Part shown: positions 57,101 through 64,000 of the stretch, in pieces
How positions within the stretch are numbered: position 1 is the stretch's first letter
Layout: every line of letters starts with the position of its first letter
Translations under genes and position numbers: made by a program
NCBI RefSeq assembly: GCF_035084215.1
Contig: NC_090344.1
Coordinates: 43,276,001-43,340,000, forward strand
From: Heptranchias perlo
Taxonomy: Eukaryota
Length of the DNA: 64,000 nucleotides
Direction: 5' to 3'
The notes under the pieces: model-generated
The model's database searches: none
What the model was told of the DNA's origin: nothing
What the model saw: the letters and a program-made list of their open reading frames with translations, nothing else

Positions 57101-60100
57101 CCCTCTGCGTTCCTCCAATTCCGGCCTCTTGTGGATCCTCGATTTCCTTTGCCCCTCCATTGGCAGCCATGCCTTCAGCTCTCTAGGTCCTAAGCTCTGG
57201 AATGCCATCCCTAAACCTTTCTACCTCGCTCTGCTCCTTTAAGACACTCCTGAAAACCTACCTCTTCGACTAACCTTTTGGTCACTTGTCCTAATATCTC
57301 CTTATACGACTCGATGTCAGATTTCTGTCCGATAACCCTCCTTTGAAGCGCCTTGGGATGTTTTACTATGATAAAGGCACTATATAAATGCAAGTTGTTG
57401 TTAATATCCACATGTTGGATGTATTTAAACAGACATCTAATATCTGGGATAGTCAGATGATTCATGTCTAATACAGAACTCACATTTATATAGTGCCTTT
57501 CGTGACCTCCGGACATCCCAAATGCTTCACAGCCAATGATGTACCTTTTGAAGAGAACACTCCTACTCTTCTTCAATAATGCCATGGGATCTTCTAACAT
57601 TTCATCTGAAAGACGGCACCTCCAGCAGTGCAGCACTCCCTCAGTACTGCACTGAGGAGTCAGCCTAGAGGTTGTGTGCAAGTCTCTGGAATGGGGCTTG
57701 AACCCGCAACCTTCTGACTCAGAGGCAAAAGTGCTACCCCTGAGCCAAGGCTGATGCCCATAGCTCATATCTGTGGATATCTGATACCTGGGATATCCGG
57801 ATATCTGGGCCTGGATTTTCTGCTGCAGCTACACCGACTCCCTGGCATAACTCCAGTCGATCGGAGAGGAAATTCTCCAGGACCTGCTCCACTGGCTCCC
57901 TGCTCACCCTACCACTTCCGGGATTTTCCACCAGTAGTGACATTGGGTGTATGACTCCTCAGCCCGTAAGTCAGATTGTGATGGCCTGTAAATAGGGTCG
58001 CCAACTCTGGTTGGACGTGTTCTGGGAGGTTCCATCACATGAGCTCCTGCTTCCAACCACTCTGCCCTCACGCTCCCACCATTGGTTACCCGACATGCTC
58101 ACTGCTGTTAGTAAAGTGAGGCCAATTGGAAAGTGAACAGACTCCTCGTTTCCCGATTGGATAATTCTTGCCCGTCAGTCAAACAACATTTTATTCCCCC
58201 CCACCCCCTCATCTCTAATATTTTTATAACTAATAAACAAAATTGTTCAAAGAAAATGAAAAAAGCCCTCAATTTAAAAAAAAATTACCCTCCAGTTTTT
58301 CTCCCAGTTTGTTCACAGCAGTTCCTGGGAGATTAATCTTTCATTCCTGGAGACTCTAGGATAAATCGGGAGGGTTGACAATCCTACATGTAAACTATGG
58401 GAATATGAGCAATGCTGGGCGCTAGGAACGCCTTAGCATTCCCGGCGTTCAAGGTTGCTATTGCGGAGGAGGGATTTAAAAATTCACGTCCCCTTTAGCC
58501 TGCACAATCAATTTCAAGGCTGTCAAATGCACAAGTTAAGTTGTGTTTTTTGAAAGATTATTAAACCATTTGGACCAGCACAGAGTCCAGCACACTGGGC
58601 GCCTGCCGAAAGAAGTGCAAGGTTTAAACAGAAATGAAAAAGCACCAGCGTTGATAAAGCACAAATGACAATAAAAATGTTATATTTCCATCATCTGTGT
58701 GTCGTTACTTGGGCAGTCGTATTCCAGGCCCAAATTCACTTCCCACCGAAAATTCTGGAAGTAGCAGATGTTGGATAATTCCTTCCTTATCCTTATTAAT
58801 AACAGATTCAAAAAGCTAGAGGCAGTATTATGTCTGACTATTAACTTCATTTACTATTGTTTCAAAACATTCATCTTAAGACTTCACACAGAGCAATACA
58901 CGCCCTACGCCTAAAACTTACACGTAAAGAACTTCGCGGGAATCGTGACCGTTGCTTATCCAAGCCTGTTCACACTACCTCGCCTTGAAGGTAGTTAAAG
59001 TTCTCAAGGAGCTTTGCTTCGTATCTGTCCGTTCTTGCTGGGTTCAATTTTATTGGGTGTTTTATGACCTTGAGATCATTGAACAGATTGCTGGACAATG
59101 ATGGGGGGGGCTTTATGTCCTGATATATTGTACCTTTGCTTCCTATCTTTGCTCTTCCCGAATTATATCCTTTGTTGTACAAGCCTTTGACGTCTTGTCT
59201 CTTGAAATCTCTATAGTAAAAAGAACCAATTCCCTTATTTATCCTGCAGTAATTTCCTTCTTTTACATTTCCCCCTGCTGTGATAAAAAGCCTGTCTTTT
59301 AAAAGCCAATGTGTTTTAACCTAACAACCCTTTTAGCTCCATATTATATCATTAATGCCAACAACTTATTTATTTAACAATCTATTTATGCCCATCCTTA
59401 CAGAAGCTCTGAAATTCACCATCTCCAATGTTATCAGCGTCATTGTAATCAAAAGATGGGATTTGCACACAGTTTAAACCAATTCTGCCTACATTAGCTA
59501 TTCTGTCTTTGTTCTGTATCAGAATAATGTAAAAACATATCTATATTCTTATAGCAGGGGCAAGTGGGGAGCCAGTAGAGTGGGTCCAAAGAGGTTTCTG
59601 CAGATATCTGTATCCTGATACCTGGGATGTGTGGATATCTGTATCCTGATATCTGGGGTGTGTGAATATCTGTATCCTGATATCTGGGCTGTGCGGATAT
59701 CTGTACCCTGATACATGGGCTGTGCAGATATCTGCATCATGATATCTGGGATGTGCGCATTTCTGTACCCTGATGCCTGGGATGTGCGCATATCTGTACC
59801 CTGATGCCTGGGATGTGCGCATATCTGTACCCTGATGCCTGGGATGTGTGCATATCTGTACCTTGATGCCTGGGATGTGTGCATATCTGTACCCTGATGC
59901 CTGGGGTGTGTGGATATCTGTACCCTGATGCCTGGGGTGTGTGGATATCTATACCCTGATGCCTGGGATGTGCGCATATATGTATCCTGATGCCTGGGGT
60001 GTGTGGATATCTGTACCCTGATGCCTGGGATGTGTGCATATCTGTAGCCTGATATCTGAGATGCGTGGATATCTGTACCCTGATATCTGAGGCGTGTGCT

Positions 60101-62045
60101 GATGCTTCTCACTGACCTGTGAATATGTTTCTTTCGCTGTCTCTTCAGGTTATAACAAGGGGCGATGCTAAAAAGCTGAATTTACATGGGGTAAGTTATG
60201 ACTTTACTGATTTTATTGTCAGGCAGTGAAACCTGTAGCAGTTTGCTGCACCAAAATAAAAATGTTGCGCGACTGGAATTTTTATCTAAGAGTCCCCTGA
60301 ATTCGGTCATGCTTGGTTGATGACTGGATGACACCTCATTGAAGGCGACTATTTTAATCCATTTTGCACAAGATAAACTGAAAGCCTCCGTTTCTTTCTT
60401 TCTGCAGCAGACATGTGCCGTTTGCTTAGAAGATTTCAAGATTAAAGAGGAGCTGGGAGTGTTACCATGTCAACATGCCTTCCACAGGAAGTGAGTAGCC
60501 TTTGAGTCAAGCAGTTGTTGCATTTTGCCCCAGTGCAATGTTGTGGTTAGCTCTGTGCAGTACATAGGTCACAGTGACTGCACAGAGCGGGAACCAATGG
60601 AAATAACAATTCACTGCAGACGAGCGAGCAATGATGTGGAAATGTCGCAGCATGTTCTTCCGACACTGAACCAGACCGTTCGCAACCGTGGCGTCCTATT
60701 TGACCCTGAGATGAGGTTGCTCCCCCATATCTGCTCCATCACCAAGACCGCCTACTTCCACCTCCATAACATCGCCCGTCTCCATCCCTGCCTCAGCTCA
60801 TCTGCTGCTGAAACCCTCATCCATGCCTTAGTTATCTCTAGGCTTGACCATTCCAATGCTCTCCTGGCCGGCCTCCCACCTTGCACCCTCTGTAAACTTG
60901 AGCTCATCCAAAACTCTGCTGCCTGTATCCTAACTCCCACCAAGTCCTGTTCTTCCATCACCCCTGTGCTCACTGACCTATATTGGCTTCCGGTCCGGCA
61001 ATGGCTCGATTTTAAAATCGTCTTCCTTGTTTTCAAATCCCTCCATGGCCTCGCCTCTCCCTATCTCTGGAACCACCTCCAGCCCTACAACTCTCCGAGA
61101 TCTCTGCGCTCCTCCAATTCTGGCCTCTTGCGCATCCCCGATTTTAATCGCTCCACCATTGGTGGCTGTGCCTTCAGCTGCCTAGGCGCTAAGCACTGGA
61201 ATTCCCTCCCTAAACCTCTCCACCTTTCTACCTCTCTCTCCTCCTTTAAAACGCTCCTTAAAACCTACCTCTTTGATAAAGCTTTTGGTCATCTGTCCTA
61301 ATATCTCCTTATGTGGCTCGGTGTCAAATTATGTTTGTTTACGCTCCTGAGAAGCATCTTGGGACATTTTACTACATTAAAGGCCCTATATAAATGCAAG
61401 TTGTTGTTGATCAGTGCAGTAAATTTTAGTCAAGAGCAGATGTTTGTACTGACAACTGAATTGCTGCTTATGGAAACCCACTAAAGTGCCTCGCTCTGTA
61501 CAGTGTTGCAGTGCCTGCACTCTGTTTCCCTCTGTACATTGTTGCACTGCCTGTACCCAGTGTTTCACTGTATAGTGTCTTGCTCTGTACATTGTCACAA
61601 TGCTTGTAATGTGTCTTGCCCTGTAGTGTTGCACTGCCTGCACTGTTTCACTTTGTACCGTGTCACACTGTCTGTACTCAGTGCTTCCTCCTGTAGTGTC
61701 TCACTTCCTGTATTCAATGTTTCACCTTGTAGTGCCGCATTTCCTGTACAGTGTCTTGCTGTGTATAATGTTACACTGCCTGTACCCAGTATTTCACTCT
61801 GCACAGTGTTGCAGTGCCTGTACTTTGTATTTCCCTCTGTACTGTATAGCACTGTCAGTACAGCATGTTTCACGCTGTTCAATGTCACACTGCTGTACTT
61901 GGTTTCTGATTCTTCTCTGTTCTTTTGCAGGTGTTTGGTGAAGTGGCTGGAAATCCGCTGTGTCTGTCCGATGTGCAACAAACCTATCGCTGGAGCCCCA
62001 GAGCAGCAGCAAGCGATTGGCACGCTCCTGGATGAGCTTGTTTGA
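42092..62045 (+). CDS. RNF122: RING finger protein 122 (transmembrane RING-H2 E3 ligase), 6 coding exons, 155 aa
   Basis: Exons 42092-42116, 50503-50659, 55643-55688, 60149-60190, 60408-60490, 61931-62045; total 468 nt, GT-AG introns. Translation: [16 protein letters not shown]...[14 protein letters not shown](TM)...CAVCLEDF...[27 protein letters not shown]...GTLLDELV. Confidence 0.95.
42380..47040 (+). repeat. 31-bp minisatellite (GTGGGGTTCAGGGTGAGAGGAATGCAGAGCC)n, roughly 140-150 units, in RNF122 intron 1
   Basis: Directly visible tandem array; regular from ~42560 to 46995 with degenerate flanks. Confidence 0.97.
47535..47855 (+). repeat. GA-rich low-complexity tract
   Basis: Purine-rich gagaga/gaaa runs. 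Confidence 0.8.
48020..48825 (+). mobile_element. CR1 3' portion
   Basis: [25 protein letters not shown]; CR1 tail. Confidence 0.88.
48900..49720 (-). mobile_element. CR1 3' portion
   Basis: [28 protein letters not shown]. Confidence 0.85.
50503..50659 (+). CDS. RNF122: RNF122 exon 2 (TM segment)
   Basis: tgcag|GA; CFCGLGLIY...CCYFI; AG|gtaact. Confidence 0.94.
51702..52145 (+). mobile_element. tRNA-derived DeuSINE (SacSINE1/AmnSINE-type)
   Basis: tRNA-like head plus Deu-domain-like core gaggtgccgtcctttggatgaga...aaagatcccatggca...gtgttctggccaa. Confidence 0.78.
52396..53929 (+). mobile_element. tRNA-headed SINE-like 5' module fused to an APE-endonuclease ORF and LINE 3' tail; RT region absent
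   Basis: A box TAGCATAGTGG at 52405-52415, B box GTTCAAATC at 52470-52478. ORF 52672-53868 has NIWGL, ILTESYL, RGGG, YRPP, GDFNVH, LDLVLTN, SDH. A-rich end. Inserted in a CR1 remnant with aagag repeated on both sides. Confidence 0.82.
55643..55688 (+). CDS. RNF122: RNF122 exon 3
   Basis: ttcag|T; [15 protein letters not shown]; GAG|gtaaaa. Confidence 0.92.
55932..56375 (-). mobile_element. DeuSINE copy
   Basis: Same family as 51702-52145. Confidence 0.8.
57090..57400 (+). mobile_element. L2 LINE 3' fragment
   Basis: Same 3' sequence as 61080-61410. Confidence 0.82.
57478..57755 (-). mobile_element. DeuSINE copy, internally deleted
   Basis: Same family as 51702-52145. Confidence 0.72.
58764..59553 (-). 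repeat. Unclassified ~800-bp interspersed repeat, copy 2
   Basis: Highly similar to 34919-35730 along its full length. Confidence 0.75.
59600..60095 (+). repeat. 31-bp minisatellite (ATATCTGTACCCTGATGCCTGGGATGTGCGC)n, ~16 units
   Basis: Directly visible tandem array ending ~55 bp before RNF122 exon 4. Confidence 0.93.
60149..60190 (+). CDS. RNF122: RNF122 exon 4
   Basis: ttcag|GTT; [14 protein letters not shown]; GGG|gtaagt. Confidence 0.92.
60408..60490 (+). CDS. RNF122: RNF122 exon 5 (RING, N-terminal half)
   Basis: tgcag|CAG (NAGNAG acceptor); [27 protein letters not shown]; AA|gtgagt. Confidence 0.93.
60660..61410 (+). mobile_element. L2-clade LINE 3' end (RNF122 intron 5)
   Basis: [45 protein letters not shown]; tail ending tatataaatgcaagttgttgttg. 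Confidence 0.88.
61495..61900 (+). repeat. Degenerate tandem/low-complexity repeat built from ctgtac, cagtgttgca and ctgcctg motifs
   Basis: Recurring motifs upstream of RNF122 exon 6. Confidence 0.65.
61931..62045 (+). CDS. RNF122: RNF122 exon 6 (RING, C-terminal half and stop)
   Basis: tgcag|G; [18 protein letters not shown]...LDELV*. Confidence 0.94.
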
Positions 62046-62364
62046 TACATGTTAGAATTGGGACGGACACCAGAAGCTCGGAATAGCCAAGAATCAAGAG
62101 TTTTCTATTTTTTTTCCCCATTGTGATTTGACTTTTGATTGGAACCACAGAGTGTGTGAGAGGATCTGAGTTGCACCAGACGCTGAAATCCCGTGACTGG
62201 AGTAAGGCCTGGCAATGAGAAGTCATTGGGAAATTTCCTCTCTGAAAGACCTTGCAACACACCTGCTGAAGAATAGAACACTTCCAGCCTTACAGTTTCT
62301 GACTGAGCTCCTTAATTCTGAACAGCAGCACTCCTGATGGGGGTCAGCACATTGCTGAACCACA

Positions 62365-62640
62365 CAAACCAGAAGTTCCCAGGTCTGACTCCCGGTCTGT
62401 GCTGAGTTGGTTGATCACAACTGGTGCAATAGTTGGGGCGCTGCGATTAGACAGTGCCCTGGGTTAGGGAGGGTTCCCATTCTGATCACGACTCAGTCAC
62501 CCCTAGAGAAATGTGTGTGTGGACAGTGGGTGAGGACAGGATTAGGCTCAGCTGTGATGCTCTCCATGGCGAAATATCCTGCCAAGACTGACTAGGCTTA
62601 CGCATGAAGATTGGCCGTCTGGGTGATGCAGCAGTGGACA
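62365..62640 (+). mobile_element. Unclassified old SINE-like family; related copies near 25100-25250, 35760-35960, 39560-39880 (-), 50085-50300 and 63720-63930
   Basis: Shared core gttcc(c/t)...ctgatcac...cagtgacc...gtgaggacagga...ctgtgatgc recurs at these positions. Confidence 0.55.
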
Positions 62641-64000
62641 CGCAGCAGCCACGGAATTAAACCCCATTGAGAACTGGGGCCTTTGGGAGGGGAGGTGGAG
62701 GTGGGGGTGGGGGAGAAAAATGGTGAGAAACAGAAGTGCTGAACGGTACTTAAAACAACAGAAATCAACGTGGTGCTTCACACACACAGCACAAGGATAA
62801 CATGGCACTTTGTACACCCTGCCATATACACAGTGCAGGGACCAGACAGTGCTTCCTGCACCCTGCCGTATACATGGCAGGGCGACTTTTGGTGATTCCT
62901 ACACCCCACCATACACAGGGCGCAGGGATCACACCATACTTCCTACACCTGGCATACACCCAGTGTAGAGTGCAGACTCTAACAAGACCCAGCAGTAGCC
63001 TGTGCTGCTCCGATGATAATATCCAGTATTACCGTCAGAGCATCCCAGGTCCCCCATATCTGTGTCTGCTACCACTCACTCGACGTGATTAGCTGGCGGG
63101 GTTGGGGGGAGGTGGGGAGATTATTGCAGAATCGTGTGTATAATCATTACTGAAAAATAAACCATCACTAACTACACCATTCAGATAAATATATATCTCC
63201 CTGCTGTTACTGCCAGCTTTAAATAAAGTGAAATAGCTCCCTCAGGCACAAAGTGACACTGAATTCATTAAAGGTCTCAGTCAGAGAGACTGTGAGGATA
63301 GCTGTGTGGGGGAATGGAAATGTCACACTGGTGTGGCTGAAAGTGCTCCTCTGAGCTCAGGATTAGAGCATGTTGTTAGAATAGAAGAGAGAGAGCTTCA
63401 CCCTGCAGTTAGCTGCAATGCTGAGCTCCACATGGGCTCTCTGATCGTGCTGTATATCGCACGTCTTTTGTTATTTACTGGGCACGACTGTTTTTGTATA
63501 TATTTTAAATAAACGCTTTGAATCTGTTCCTTTTATGAAGGATTTTCTTTCACTGTAAAATACTTTTAATAAATATATGGCTCCAGTGTATTTTTATGCT
63601 CTTACCTTGTGTGTTGTATGGGAGCTGGGATATGGATGAGCAGTGAGTCAGTGCATTCTGACCCCATCCAAAATGGATTTCAGGATTACTCACTGGCCGG
63701 TGTAGTGCCAGTCGAGACTAAGAAAGTCTGTGCTCAGTAGCAATATGCTGGGCAGGGTTCCCACTCCTGCTGACGAACCTGCTGGAAAGTTCCTGTGTGC
63801 ATCTCAGGTGAGGACAGAATTGTGCTCAGCTGTGATTCCCTCCACGGTTGAATATACCGACTACAGTTACTGTCACTCGCTAAAGTATGACTACTTGGAT
63901 GAGATATCAGAGGGTAGGTGGCACTGATCCCAGTAAGATATCAGCAGCTTAAGAAGGTGAGAATAGTGGGAAAGAACACATTAGAAGAATCCTATTGAGC

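Noticed and set aside
59541-60112. Repetitive minus-strand ORFs (HPRHQGTD...)
   Set aside because: These are translations of the 31-bp minisatellite.
60525-61301. 258-aa ORF as a host gene
   Set aside because: It is the C-terminal part of L2 ORF2 from a truncated insertion.
61503-61930. Cys-rich N-terminal extension of ORF 61503-62045
   Set aside because: This is a low-complexity intronic repeat that happens to be in frame with RNF122 exon 6; a strong acceptor lies at 61930/61931.

Overview
Vertebrate genomic DNA, most likely from a cartilaginous fish, judged from its CR1, L2, DeuSINE, Tx1 and Penelope repeat complement (an inference from recalled families). Three protein-coding genes can be reconstructed. 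ITPRIPL1 lies on the minus strand with a single coding exon (537 aa, Mab-21/cGAS-like fold). A 9-exon gamma-glutamyl hydrolase (GGH-like, 314 aa) lies on the plus strand and shares a CpG-island promoter head-to-head with ITPRIPL1. A 6-exon RNF122 (155 aa) follows on the plus strand. A fourth gene appears to start on the minus strand near 4.0 kb, with an E2F/CHR cell-cycle promoter and a first-exon donor; it may be NCAPH by synteny. The rest is mostly nested retroelements. The most unusual items are a 196-bp near-perfect palindrome carrying a minimal hammerhead ribozyme motif on each strand (Penelope-type, 13-bp target duplication), a tRNA-headed SINE-like element fused to an endonuclease-only LINE ORF, a ~4.5-kb 31-bp minisatellite in RNF122 intron 1 whose units nearly all carry a TEAD motif and a splice-donor-like site, and two copies of an unclassified ~800-bp LTR-like element. 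No database searches were run; family names come from recalled motifs. I found no clearly new multi-gene system.
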